This document shows positions 19,314 to 30,941 of a stretch of 64,000 nt of DNA, in pieces. Each line of letters begins with the position of its first letter. Positions within the stretch are counted from its first letter, which is position 1. The DNA is taken from positions 56,385 to 120,384 of the forward strand of contig JBGAML010000015.1 of NCBI GenBank assembly GCA_044223005.1, given 5' to 3'. Source of the DNA: Candidatus Eiseniibacteriota bacterium. Its GTDB lineage: Bacteria; Eisenbacteria; RBG-16-71-46. A program made the position numbers and the translations under genes. Below the pieces are notes generated by a model. The model was not told where the DNA came from. It was given only the letters and a program-made list of their open reading frames with translations, and did not search any database.

Positions 19314-20291
19314 TCAGCGCCAGGCTGCCTTGAGCGCGCCCCAACTCGACGAGTGTGCCGGCGTCGCGAGGGGCCCGAACACCTGGATCCGGTTGTTGCC
19401 GGTGTCGCTCACGTAGACGAGGCCGCTGGGCGCGACCGCCACCGAGTACGGGTTCTTGAACTGTCCCGGCCCGCTGCCGAACGAACCCCACTGCGCGAGG
19501 AACGTCCCGTCGCTCGTGAACATCTGGATGCGGTGGTTGCGTTCGTCCGCCACGTAGACGATGCCGTTCGCGTCGATCGCGATGCCCGTCGGATGGCTGA
19601 ACTGTCCCGGCCCGGCTCCGCGCGATCCCCAAGCGCGCACGAACGTGCCGTCGGTGCGATATACGTACACTTGGTGCATGACGTTGTCGCACATGAAGAG
19701 CTGGTCGTGCCCGTCGGAGGCGAGCCCCTGCACGTACATCTGCTGCGTGAAGGGCCAGTCCGGAGACACGTAGGTGCCCCACATGGCGAGATAGTCGCCG
19801 CCGTTCGTCCAGCGCGTGACGCGCTGGCTGTTGGTCTCGCCGGTGTAGACGGTGCCGTCCGCGTCCACCGCGATCGCGGCGAGTTGCTCGAAGCCGAGCA
19901 GCATGCCGGCCCAGGAGCGCACCCAGGCGCCACTGGCGTCGAACTTCTCGACGACGCGCTGCGAGTGGTCGCCGACGAAGATGTTGCCCGCGGCGTCGAC
20001 GGCGACGGAGAACGGCGCCTCGAACTGCCCGACGACGAACCCCTGCGACCCGAACTGCGAGCGGAAGCCGCCGGTGGGCGAGAAGATCTGGATCCGCCAG
20101 TTCGCCGAATCGCAGACGTAGACGTTGCCGGAAGCGTCGCAGGCGATGCCGGCGGGCTTGTTGAGCTGGCCGGCGCCGGAGCCGGTGCCGCCCCACTGGC
20201 CGATGTAGCTGGGACCCTCGGCGTGGGCGAACGAAGGGGTGGCGCAGGCGAGAGCGATGCCGAGGAGCGTGGCGCGTGCGGCGGAATGCAT
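19314..20291 (-). CDS. Secreted NHL-repeat beta-propeller protein (tandem paralog) with C-terminal SSWGALKAAWR tail
   Basis: Signal peptide (AHA); six NHL repeats; same C-terminus as the neighbouring gene. Confidence 0.87.
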   Translation of the reverse strand: MHSAARATLLGIALACATPSFAHAEGPSYIGQWGGTGSGAGQLNKPAGIACDASGNVYVCDSANWRIQIFSPTGGFRSQFGSQGFVVGQFEAPFSVAVDAAGNIFVGDHSQRVVEKFDASGAWVRSWAGMLLGFEQLAAIAVDADGTVYTGETNSQRVTRWTNGGDYLAMWGTYVSPDWPFTQQMYVQGLASDGHDQLFMCDNVMHQVYVYRTDGTFVRAWGSRGAGPGQFSHPTGIAIDANGIVYVADERNHRIQMFTSDGTFLAQWGSFGSGPGQFKNPYSVAVAPSGLVYVSDTGNNRIQVFGPLATPAHSSSWGALKAAWR

Positions 20292-20630
20292 GAGGCCCTC
20301 CCGAGGGCGCGAGTGGGGGACAGCCTCGAGGGTGCGCCCGCGGGCTCCTCGCGTCGAGAGCGACGAACGGCGGCGTGCGCGCCGGTCTCGGAGGGCCTCG
20401 GGTGTGAGGCGACTCGGGCCTCGCGACGCGCCACCGTGCCTTCCACAATGCCCCACGGCAGGCCTTGTTCTCCCAGCGAGTTGCAGGCCGCGGTGAATGT
20501 CGCTTCGCAGGCGATGGCGAGTCGTGAGTCCCGCTGGCGCTTCGTGTCTCCAACGGCGAGGATGCCGGGGACAGGGGCCGTGGGACGCACGAGCCGGCCG
20601 TTCACGCGATCGAAAGGGGAGCAGGAGGAA

Positions 20631-21146
20631 ATGGTGACGACGACGAAGCAGGTCTTCCGGGCCCTGGTGTTCGCCGTGGCCATGGCGGTGACCGTGGGCG
20701 CCGCGGGCTGCCAGCAGACGGGGACGCAGGGCGGGGACGCCGGAGCGGTGGTCGCGGGCGATCCGTGGACCGCGGTGCAGGTCGTGAAGCCGGCCGACCT
20801 GGCCGCGCAGCTCAAGGGACCGGAAGCGTCACGCCCGCTGCTGCTGCACGTGGGCTTTCCCGTGCTCTTCCGCGCGGGGGCGATCCCGGGCACGATCTAC
20901 GCGGGCGAAGGCCGCACGCCCGAAGGGATCGAGCAGCTGCGCTCGACCGTGAAGGACATGCCGCGCGACAAGGAGGTCGTGCTCTACTGCGGCTGCTGTC
21001 CGTGGGATCACTGCCCGAACATGCGCCCGGCGTTCACGGCCATGCACGAGATGGGATTCACGAACGTGCGCGCGCTCCACATCCCGAAGAACTTCACCAG
21101 CGACTGGGTCGACGCCGGCTTTCCCGTCGAGACGCCCCAGCACTGA
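20631..21146 (+). CDS. Rhodanese-like lipoprotein
   Basis: AGGAGG RBS, lipobox AAGC, rhodanese pattern GAIPG...VVLYCGCCPWDHCPN...GFTNV...WVDAGFP. Confidence 0.8.
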   Translation: MVTTTKQVFRALVFAVAMAVTVGAAGCQQTGTQGGDAGAVVAGDPWTAVQVVKPADLAAQLKGPEASRPLLLHVGFPVLFRAGAIPGTIYAGEGRTPEGIEQLRSTVKDMPRDKEVVLYCGCCPWDHCPNMRPAFTAMHEMGFTNVRALHIPKNFTSDWVDAGFPVETPQH

Positions 21147-21154
21147 TGACGCGT

Positions 21155-21184
21155 CGGGCCGGCCGGGATTTCCCGGCCGGCCCG
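21155..21184. terminator. GC-rich hairpin between convergent genes
   Basis: CGGGCCGGCCGGGA-TT-TCCCGGCCGGCCCG inverted repeat. Confidence 0.55.
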
Positions 21185-21203
21185 TGCACGCTCGTGCGCC
21201 GCG

Positions 21204-21434
21204 TCACATCGGCAGGCGCTGCTCCTTCTCCCCGTTGCTCGGTGCCGGCTGCTGCTGCGGCTGCGGCGCGGGCTGCGCTTCGGGCTGCGCGGGCGCGGGC
21301 GCCGCGGTGACCGCCTGCGGCGGCGCCGGGCGGTGCATCCACCGCCAGCCGAAGAACGCGAGGCCGACGACGGCCACGAGGACGAGGATGCCCACCAGGG
21401 AACGGTTGCCGTTGTTCTCGTTCGAACCCGCCAT
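21204..21434 (-). CDS. Small single-TM protein with Pro/Gln-rich tail
   Basis: 76 aa; ATG 3 nt after the pilX-like stop; one TM helix. Confidence 0.6.
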   Translation of the reverse strand: MAGSNENNGNRSLVGILVLVAVVGLAFFGWRWMHRPAPPQAVTAAPAPAQPEAQPAPQPQQQPAPSNGEKEQRLPM

Positions 21435-21437
21435 GGC

Positions 21438-23117
21438 TCAGATCTCCTTCCAGGACAGCGTGCGCGCCACCGGCGTGCTGTGGCTGAACGTGGTGGTCGT
21501 GGGATAGCACGGCGGGATCAGGCCGCGCCGGTCGTACTTGAAGTCGCGGCCGTAACCCGACGCATACGAGCCGGTGCGCGAGTTGAAGGTGCCGAACGCG
21601 CCGTAGTACTGCGCCACCATGCCGCCGCGGAGGTGGAACGTGCCGCGCGGATCGCCGGTGTCGTAGCTGTCCACCGTGAACTCGGCCGACGAACCGATGG
21701 CCATCACGTATGCGTCGAGATAGGCGTCGTTGGGCATGCTCGAGCCGATCCGGACGCTGCCGTTGGCGGACATGATGCCGAGCACGTTGTTGTTGTTGTT
21801 GTAGCTGTCGCAGGTGATGTCGCGCTGGATCACGACGTCGTTCTTGGCCGCGATCAGCAGCTTGGTGTTCTCCGAAATGGCCGGGAGCACCGTGCTTCCC
21901 GAGCGGTCGGGACCGCGCAGGTCGCTGATTCCACCGTCGACGTACATGACGCCGATCATGCTGCTGCCGGAGCCCGACACGTAGGTCTCGGCCGGCGAAC
22001 CGGTCGCGCTCGAGCCGTTCCAGACCTGCACGCCGGTGCCACCACCGGTCACGAGGATCGTCTTGGTCGTGGTGCCCTGGCGCATCTGGTACCACTGCTG
22101 GTTCGATACCGTGTCCGCCCACATCTTGCACATGGACAGGTCACCCTTGATGTAGAAGCCGACCGGGTTGCCGGAGCCGTCGTGCGAGATGTAGATGCCG
22201 TTCGGCGGCGTGCTGCTGCCGCTCACGCCGGTATTGCAGTGGCCATTGATGTCGGAGTTGGACGGGGCCGTGGTGCGAGACGGGTCGCCCAGGAGCGCCG
22301 CGTTCTGCTGGTTGTACGCATTCGTCGGCAGCGGCACGGTCGGGACGCTCCGGTCGAAGCCGTTGTAGAAGAACGGCTGGTCGATCGTGCCGTTGTTGTC
22401 CGCGTTCGCGGTGACGACGCCGTTGCCGTTGTTGTTGAAGTCGGCGGTGCTCGAGTGGCTGGTCACGAGGTCGTAGAACGTGGGCCGGAACGCGAACTTG
22501 AAGCCCGTGTTCGTGTGCACGCGGCCGTCGAACGAGGTGTTCGAGGAGAACCAGATCGAGCTGCCGTCCGCGAGCGTGTGCGTGTTCGTGTAGATCAGGT
22601 AGTCCGTGAAGCTGTTGCGGCTCGCGGTGACGCGGAGGAGGCCCTGGGCCTGGACGCGGCGCTGGCCGGAGAGCCCCGTGGTGCCCGTCGAGGCGACGGT
22701 GAAGCGGTACTCGTACCACTGCTGGCTCGCACCCACGACACCGGTGTTGTACTGGATCGTGCCGGCCGCGGTGAAGTTCGGGTTCGTGCTCGAGACCGTG
22801 AATGCGGACGGCGGCGCCGGGAACAGCAGGCCCGGCCGCCTGATCACGGAGTCGACGCCCGTGTACGCCGCACAGCAGCTGTCGATCTTGGCGTTCAGCC
22901 GGTTCCCGAGATCCTGCTGCAGCGCGCGCACGCCGGCGTCCGCCGCGTACAGCGACGCCTTTGCGATCTGGACGTTCGAGGACATGCTGCGCTCGCCCGT
23001 GGTCGTGAAGAGGAACGTCGCCACGAGAACCGAGCTCAGCAGCACCACCAGGACGGCGGCGATCAGGGCGATCCCTCGCTCCCGGCTGGGGCCATTTGTG
23101 ATGCGAGAGGGGATCAT
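21438..23117 (-). CDS. PilX-type minor pilin with large C-terminal domain (DUF4900/ComZ-like)
   Basis: ERG|IALIAAV prepilin site lacking Glu5 (PilX hallmark), ASLYAADAG, FDGRVHTN, GYGRDFKYDRR..PPCYP. Confidence 0.75.
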   Translation of the reverse strand: MIPSRITNGPSRERGIALIAAVLVVLLSSVLVATFLFTTTGERSMSSNVQIAKASLYAADAGVRALQQDLGNRLNAKIDSCCAAYTGVDSVIRRPGLLFPAPPSAFTVSSTNPNFTAAGTIQYNTGVVGASQQWYEYRFTVASTGTTGLSGQRRVQAQGLLRVTASRNSFTDYLIYTNTHTLADGSSIWFSSNTSFDGRVHTNTGFKFAFRPTFYDLVTSHSSTADFNNNGNGVVTANADNNGTIDQPFFYNGFDRSVPTVPLPTNAYNQQNAALLGDPSRTTAPSNSDINGHCNTGVSGSSTPPNGIYISHDGSGNPVGFYIKGDLSMCKMWADTVSNQQWYQMRQGTTTKTILVTGGGTGVQVWNGSSATGSPAETYVSGSGSSMIGVMYVDGGISDLRGPDRSGSTVLPAISENTKLLIAAKNDVVIQRDITCDSYNNNNNVLGIMSANGSVRIGSSMPNDAYLDAYVMAIGSSAEFTVDSYDTGDPRGTFHLRGGMVAQYYGAFGTFNSRTGSYASGYGRDFKYDRRGLIPPCYPTTTTFSHSTPVARTLSWKEI

Positions 23118-23130
23118 CGAACTCCTCCTG

Positions 23131-24000
23131 TCAGAACGTCCGCGGCCGGATGGCCGCGTACACGCTGTCCTGAAGCGTGGGGAATCGGCTGGACGTGACG
23201 GACGTCAGGACGACCGGGACCACCTTGTTCACGAACGCCATGCTGCCGGGGCTGCGCGTGATCGTGCCGTCCTGCATTTCGTAGTACACGCGGAACCCCG
23301 AGATGTCGTACGCGACGACCGACTGGGCGCCGCCCAGTTCCTGGCGAACCAGCGCGGGCTTGGAGTAGGTGGTCGCGTCGAAACGGTAGGTCACGAGCAT
23401 CGACTTGTAGACGAACGTCGAGTGCGCCGGATAGCCGCCACCGACCGGCCACTGCACCTGGCCGGTGTTGTAGTTGGACGTGCTCGCGTGCGCGAACTGC
23501 GCGGGCGACGCGGTGACGCCCGTGATCTGGAACATGTGCGTGCTGGAGCCGTTGGTGAGGACCACGAAGCTGCCGGTCGTGAACGCCGACGGAATGCTGT
23601 CGAGCATCATGTTGGAGCTGGACGAGGCCATCGCGGTCGAGAGCGTGGTCGTGCCCAGCCAGCCGCCGACCAGCGTCACGGAGTCGTTGGCCGCCGTGCC
23701 GCCGTAGCCGGGGTTGATGGCGTACAGCGTCCAGGCGGCGCCGCCGCGACCGGCCATCACGGTGTCGGTGCCGAATCCCGAACCCGCCATGCGCATTTCA
23801 CGTTCCAGCAGCTGCACGGCGCTGCGTGCCATCTGCCGCCGCTCGGCCACAGAGGTGACGCGCTGCGACTGGGACTGCGACCGGTGAAGCACGCCCATGA
23901 TGAAGCCCACGACGATGGCCATGACCACGAGCGCGACCATCAGCTCGATGAGCGTGAACCCGCGAGCCTGCCTGTTGGAGCCGGGTGAAGGCGTGCGCAT
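23131..24000 (-). CDS. PilW-type minor pilin
   Basis: RG|FTLIELMVAL prepilin motif and LEREMRMAG. Confidence 0.8.
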   Translation of the reverse strand: MRTPSPGSNRQARGFTLIELMVALVVMAIVVGFIMGVLHRSQSQSQRVTSVAERRQMARSAVQLLEREMRMAGSGFGTDTVMAGRGGAAWTLYAINPGYGGTAANDSVTLVGGWLGTTTLSTAMASSSSNMMLDSIPSAFTTGSFVVLTNGSSTHMFQITGVTASPAQFAHASTSNYNTGQVQWPVGGGYPAHSTFVYKSMLVTYRFDATTYSKPALVRQELGGAQSVVAYDISGFRVYYEMQDGTITRSPGSMAFVNKVVPVVLTSVTSSRFPTLQDSVYAAIRPRTF

Positions 24001-24008
24001 GGGGGCCT

Positions 24009-24422
24009 CTAGAACTGGGGCTTCACGATCGTCATGGCGGCGATGCTCCGGGACGTGGTGCTGTTCCGGGAGACACGGACCGTGACGCGCTTGCACCCGA
24101 CGACGGGAACGGAATCGACGACGGTCCACGTCACGTAGTAGGTGCTGTCCACGGGGTTGCTCGCGTACGTGTGCGTCCCCGCCGCCAGCGCCGAGTTTCC
24201 GAACGGCGTCATGAGCAGTTCCTCGGCCTGCCGCGCGGCGAGCGTGGAGGCGCGGGTCTGCTGGCCGGCGGCGTTGATGCGGCGCGTACCCGCGGGCACG
24301 CAGATGGCCAGCGAGAGCACGCCGATGGAGAAGACGACCATCGCGACGAGGACTTCGATCAGGCTGAAGCCCGATCGATCCGCGCGCACGCGCCGAACGA
24401 GTCGCGAGAGGAAGGCGTTCAT
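24009..24422 (-). CDS. PilV-type minor pilin
   Basis: SG|FSLIEVLVAMVVFSIG prepilin motif, ASTLA..QAEEL, KRVTVRV. Confidence 0.8.
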   Translation of the reverse strand: MNAFLSRLVRRVRADRSGFSLIEVLVAMVVFSIGVLSLAICVPAGTRRINAAGQQTRASTLAARQAEELLMTPFGNSALAAGTHTYASNPVDSTYYVTWTVVDSVPVVGCKRVTVRVSRNSTTSRSIAAMTIVKPQF

Positions 24423-24898
24423 GGCCGGTACGTGATCCCCGCAGCGGAGACGGCGAGGGTGTCCGCCTTGCCCCGCGTGTTGTTGAAGGTGATCGTGCCC
24501 CCGGTGGTGCCAGGGACCAGGATGCCGCTGATGTCGAAGTTCACGACGTTCGCCGGCGTGAGCGCGGTGCTGACCAGCTTCGAGTAGGTCGGCATGGTCC
24601 GGCTGATCAGCCGCTCGCCGCTGTCGACGACGCCGTTCGAGTTCCGGTCCACGTGCAGCGTGTAGGAACCCCGCGCCGTGCTCGTCCCGACCGTGAAGCG
24701 CACGAACACGGGCGAGCGCCGCGTGATCGCGAGCTGGCGGGCGGTCCGCATGTCCTCGATCAGCTGGTTCTTGGCTTGCTTGAGAGCGATCGTGCTCCGG
24801 TAGCTGCCGAACGCGGGCAGTCCGAAACTGAGACAGAGACCGATGATCACGACGACGATCATGGTCTCGATCAGGGTGAAGCCGCGTTCTGCAGCCAT
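24419..24898 (-). CDS. FimT/GspH-type minor pilin
   Basis: RG|FTLIETMIVVVIIG, ARQLAIT, DRNSNG.VDSGE; GGAGG RBS. Confidence 0.82.
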   Translation of the reverse strand: MAAERGFTLIETMIVVVIIGLCLSFGLPAFGSYRSTIALKQAKNQLIEDMRTARQLAITRRSPVFVRFTVGTSTARGSYTLHVDRNSNGVVDSGERLISRTMPTYSKLVSTALTPANVVNFDISGILVPGTTGGTITFNNTRGKADTLAVSAAGITYRP

Positions 24899-25255
24899 GG
24901 ACCCTCCCAGTTCCCGTGGGGCACACCGCATCAACGTCACCCTCTCCGCAAGAGAGGGGCCACGGGGGGTATCGGCGGGCGGGGCCGGAATTGCCACCGG
25001 ATTCGCTCGGGGATTCCTCGCTCTTGCGACGGGCAGTTGCCGGATGCACGCGAGGGTCGCGCAGATTGCCCGATCCGCCGGCGTGGAACGGGCGTCCAAG
25101 ATGAGCGGGGGACCGGCCGATAACCGGCAGTGGCCCCGGCCGCGGTGCGCGTGCGCGCTCCGGGGTCGCGTGCTAACCTGCCCGGCCTTTCGGCTCGGGG
25201 GGCGTTTTGCCGCCGCACGGACCCTCCGGCGCGATCCCCAATCCAAGAGGAGTGC

Positions 25256-28026
25256 ATGTCCCGGCGCCTGGATTTCGTGCTGCGCGAGAACGCCGACTAC
25301 ATCGACCAGCAGTTCGCCCGCTGGCAGGCCGATCCGACCTCGGTGCCGGAGGATTGGGCGCTCTTCTTCGCCGGCATGGAGGTCGCGGCGCGACCCCGTC
25401 CGGCTGGCGCTCCCACCGGCGGTCCGTACGCGGGCGTGCGCAGCCTCGTGCATGCGTTCCGCGAGTTCGGCCACCTCGCGGCCCGGCTCGACCCGCTGGA
25501 TCTCGCGAACGAGAGCGCACACCCGTTCCTCGAGCCGTCGGCCTACGGACTGACCGAGGCCGACCTCGATCGCGAGGTGGACGGATCGCCGTTCCGCGGC
25601 AGCTACACCGGGACTCTGCGCAGCCTGCTGCAGTCGCTGCGTGAGACGTACTGCGGCACGCTCGCGGTCGAGTTCATGGACATCTCCGATCCCGAGGTGC
25701 GCGAGTGGTTCGCGGAGCGGATCGAAGTCGGGAACAACCGCCCGACGCCGCCCGCCGGCGACCGCATCGCCATCCTGCGTTCGCTGCTCGCGGCCGACGG
25801 CTTCGAGCAGTTCCTGCACGCGCGCTACACCGGGCAGAAGCGATTCTCGCTCGAGGGTGGCGCGAGCCTGATCCCGATGCTCGAGACGCTCGTTCGTGAG
25901 GCCGCGTCGATGGGTGTCGAGGGCCTGCAGATCGGCATGCCTCATCGCGGCCGGCTCAACGTGCTCGTGAACCTGCTGGGCAAGCCGCTCGAGCAGGTCT
26001 TCAGCGAGTTCGAGTCCAACTTCGCTCCCGGCGACGTCGAGGGGCAGGGGGACGTCAAGTACCACCTCGGATTCCACTCCACGCAGACGATGCCCAACGG
26101 CCGCTCGATCGCCCTCGGGCTCTGCTACAACCCGAGCCACCTCGAGTACGTGAACCCGGTCGTGCTCGGCATGATGCGCGCGCGCCAAGAGGCCATGGGC
26201 GACCGGGCGCGTGACCGCGGTGTGCCGGTGCTGATCCACGGCGACGCGGCGTTCGCGGGCGAGGGCATCGTGCCGGAGACGCTGACGCTGGCCCAGCTGC
26301 CGGCGTACCGCACCGGCGGCACGGTGCACGTCATCGTCAACAACCAGGTCGGCTTCACGACCTCGCCGCACGATTCGCGCCCCACGCGCTACTGCACCGC
26401 GATCGCCCGGGTGGTCGACGCGCCGGTGCTGCACGTGAACGGCGACGACCCGGAAGCCTGTGTACGCGCCATGTCGCTCGCGCTCGAGTACCGGATGCGG
26501 TTCAAGCGCGACGTGTTCGTGGACCTCGTGTGCTACCGCAAGCACGGCCACAACGAGATGGACGACCCGACCTTCACGCAGCCGGTGATGTACCGCGCGA
26601 TCGCGGTGCACTTGCCGGCCTCGCGCGCCTACGCCGAGCGGCTGGTCGAGGAAGGCGTGCTCGACCGCGCCGGTCTCGAGAAGATCGAGACCGAGATCGA
26701 CGCGAACTTCCGCGCGGCGCACCGGCGCGCGAGCAGCGATCCGCTGCCGCCCGAGCGCTCGCTCCCGGGTGGCCTGTGGCGCGGACTGGACTGGGCCGGC
26801 GACGACTGGAGCGCGGACACGCGCGTGTCGCGGCAGGGGCTCGAGCCGCTGGTGCAGGGCATCACGCGGATCCCCGGGGGCTTCCATCCGCACCGCAAGA
26901 TCCAGCAGCTCGCGACCGACCGCCGCACGATGTTCCTCGAGGACCGCATCGACTGGTCGCTCGCCGAGACGCTCGCGTACGGTTCGCTGCTGCTCGAGGG
27001 CCGCAACGTCCGCCTGACCGGCCAGGATGCCGGCCGCGGCACGTTCACTCACCGGCACTCGGTCCTGCACGACACCGAGGACGGGCGGCGCTGGATCCCG
27101 CTGCAGCACCTGGCGGTGGAGCAGGGCCGCTTCGAGGTCGTGGACTCCATGCTGAGCGAGGCCGCGGTGCTCGGGTTCGAGTACGGCTACAGCACCGCCG
27201 ACCCGCACACGCTCGTGATCTGGGAGGCGCAGTTCGGCGACTTCGCCAACGTCGCGCAGGTCTACGCCGACCAGTTCATCGCCAGCGCCGAGAGCAAGTG
27301 GGGCCGCATGTCCGGGCTCACGCTGCTGCTGCCGCACGGCTACGAAGGGCAGGGGCCCGAGCATTCGAGCGCGCGTCTCGAGCGCTGGCTCGAGCTCTGC
27401 GCCGAGGCGAACCTCCAGGTCTGCCATCTCACGACGCCCGCGCAGCTGTTCCACGCCCTGCGCCGCCAGCTGCACCGGCGCTTCCGCAAGCCGCTGGTGA
27501 TCATGAGCCCCAAGAGCCTGCTGCGGCACAAGCGCGTGATCTCGCCGGTCGCCGACCTGACCGACGGCACGTTCCGCCCCGTGCTCGACGACACGGTCGA
27601 CGCCGCGACGGTACGTCGCGTGCTCGTCGTGTCGGGCAAGTTCTACTACCCGCTGCTCGAGGCGCGTGCGGCGTTCCGCCGCGACGACGTCGCGATCGTG
27701 CGGCTGGAGCAGCTGTATCCGTTCCCGGCGTCCGAACTCGTCGCGGCGCTCGATCGCTATCCGGGCGCGAACGAGGTCGTCTGGGTGCAGGAGGAGCCGG
27801 AGAACATGGGCGCTTGGCGGCACCTGCGCCACCGGCTCGAAGGCGTCGTGCACGCGGGCCAGTCGCTGCGCTGCGTCGCGCGACGCGCCGCGGCGTCGAC
27901 CGCCACCGGCTTCTACCCGATCCACCAGCAGCAGGAGCAGCAGTTGCTCGCGCAGGCGATGGGCCAGGAAGCGCTACCCGAGCCGCCGGCCGGCGAGGCC
28001 GGGCGCGTGACGCATGGAGGAGGGCG

Positions 28027-28030
<4 letters not shown>
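25256..28030 (+). CDS. sucA: 2-oxoglutarate dehydrogenase E1
   Basis: [60 protein letters not shown]. Confidence 0.96.
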
Positions 28031-29286
<1,256 letters not shown>

Positions 29287-29290
29287 GACC

Positions 29291-30691
29291 GTGGCCGACT
29301 CGTTCGATCTCGTCGTCATCGGCGCCGGGCCGGGCGGCTACGTCGCCGCGATCCGGGCCGCGCAGCTGGGCTTCCGCACGGCGTGCGTCGAGAAGTATCC
29401 CTCACTCGGTGGCACATGCCTCAACGTCGGCTGCATCCCGAGCAAGGCGCTGCTCGATTCGAGCGAGCACTTCGAGTTCGCGCGCAAGCACCTGGCCGCG
29501 CACGGCGTGAAGGCGACCGCCGAACTCGACCTGCCGACGATGCTCAAGCGCAAGGACGGAGTCGTCCGCGACCTGACGCGCGGCGTCGAGGGCCTCTTCC
29601 GTAAGCACCAGATCGAACGCGTCATCGGCACGGCGCGCCTCGCGGGCGACGGCCGGGTCGAGGTCACGGGCGAGGCCGGCGCCCGCACGTTGCAGGCCGA
29701 GCGCATCCTGGTCGCCACCGGCAGCAAGCCGATCGCGCTGCCGGGCATCGCCTACGACGGCCGCCGGATCGTGCACTCGACCGACGCGCTGTCGCTGCCC
29801 GAGGTGCCGAAGCGGCTGCTCGTGATCGGCGCGGGCGCGATCGGGCTCGAGCTGGGCTCGGTCTGGCGGCGCCTGGGCGCCGAGGTCACCGTGCTCGAAT
29901 ATCTCGATCGCATCGTGCCGGGCATGGACGCGGGGACGGCGAAGCTGCTCCATCGCGCGCTCGAGCGCCAGGGGATGAAGTTCCGCTTCGGCGTCTCGGC
30001 CCGCTCGGCGAGCGTCGCGGGGGACGAGGTCACCGTAGAGGTCGCGCCGGCCGCCGGGGGCGAGGCGACGCGGGAGACCTGCGACGTCCTGCTCGTCGCG
30101 GTCGGGCGCCGGCCCTACACCGACGGCCTGGGCGCCGCCGAAGCCGGCGTGAAGCTCGACGCCCGCGGCCGCATCGAGGTCGACGAGCACTGGCACACGA
30201 GCGCTCCCGGCATCTGGGCGATCGGGGACGTCATCCCGGGCCCGATGCTCGCGCACAAGGCGGAGGAGGAGGGCATCGCCTGCGTCGAGCGCATGGCGGG
30301 GCTCGCCGGGCACGTCAACTACGGCTGCATCCCCGGGGTCGTCTACACGTGGCCGGAAATGGCCGGGGTCGGGCTCTCCGAAGAGGAGGCCGCGGCCCAG
30401 GGCCGCAAGGTCTCCGTCGGGACCTTCCCATTCCTCGCCAACGGCCGCGCCAAGGCGATGGGGGAGCGCGACGGACAGGTCAAGATCATCGCCGATTCCG
30501 AGACGGACCGGCTCCTCGGGGCCCACATCGTCGGCCCCCGGGCGAGCGACCTGATCGCCGAACTGGCCGTGGCCCTCGAGATGGGGGCGAGCGCCGAGGA
30601 CATCGCGCGCTCGGTCCACGCCCATCCCACCTTGCCGGAAGCCATCAAGGAGGCCGCGCTGGCCGTCGCCGGGCGGGCGATCCACGCCTGA
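29291..30691 (+). CDS. lpdA: Dihydrolipoyl dehydrogenase E3
   Basis: GAGPGG, GGTCLNVGCIPSK, MLAHKAEEEG, HAHPTLPE. Confidence 0.96.
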   Translation: MADSFDLVVIGAGPGGYVAAIRAAQLGFRTACVEKYPSLGGTCLNVGCIPSKALLDSSEHFEFARKHLAAHGVKATAELDLPTMLKRKDGVVRDLTRGVEGLFRKHQIERVIGTARLAGDGRVEVTGEAGARTLQAERILVATGSKPIALPGIAYDGRRIVHSTDALSLPEVPKRLLVIGAGAIGLELGSVWRRLGAEVTVLEYLDRIVPGMDAGTAKLLHRALERQGMKFRFGVSARSASVAGDEVTVEVAPAAGGEATRETCDVLLVAVGRRPYTDGLGAAEAGVKLDARGRIEVDEHWHTSAPGIWAIGDVIPGPMLAHKAEEEGIACVERMAGLAGHVNYGCIPGVVYTWPEMAGVGLSEEEAAAQGRKVSVGTFPFLANGRAKAMGERDGQVKIIADSETDRLLGAHIVGPRASDLIAELAVALEMGASAEDIARSVHAHPTLPEAIKEAALAVAGRAIHA

Positions 30692-30773
30692 GAGGCATAT
30701 TTCAGGCAACGTGCAAATCGCATTGCCGGAGTGGCTTGCAGGTGGCCGATCGGGGTGCCGGACCCAAGAAAGT

Positions 30774-30806
30774 GCTTGCGGGCGGCCCGCCACGCGGTGA
30801 TAGACT
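30774..30806 (+). promoter_or_regulatory. Putative promoter (extended -10 TGaTAGACT), same architecture as 50418-50450
   Basis: GCTTGC-N14-GCGGTGATAGACT upstream of 30942. Confidence 0.5.
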
Positions 30807-30941
30807 TCCTGCTTGAGGTAACGAACCCGTTTCGCCTGCGCCCGCCCTCGTGTACCCCCCCTGGTGCGTAGGCCGTCGGCGGCATGATGCCCCGGCGACT
30901 CCCGACTCAAAGACCCACATCGTGCCTGAGGAGAATCGCCG

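Noticed and set aside
14749..21434. Possible genomic island integrated at tRNA-Leu
   Set aside because: Accessory-looking genes follow the tRNA, but I found no integrase and no duplicated tRNA 3' end.
21787..21801. (TTG)5 microsatellite
   Set aside because: Encodes a poly-Asn stretch in the PilX-like protein; a triplet unit has no frameshift effect.
24419..27925. ORF-track giant fusions (also 41420-45172, 46229-50401, 54236-58060)
   Set aside because: Only the 3' portions are real genes, with their own starts and signal peptides; the extensions overlap other CDSs.
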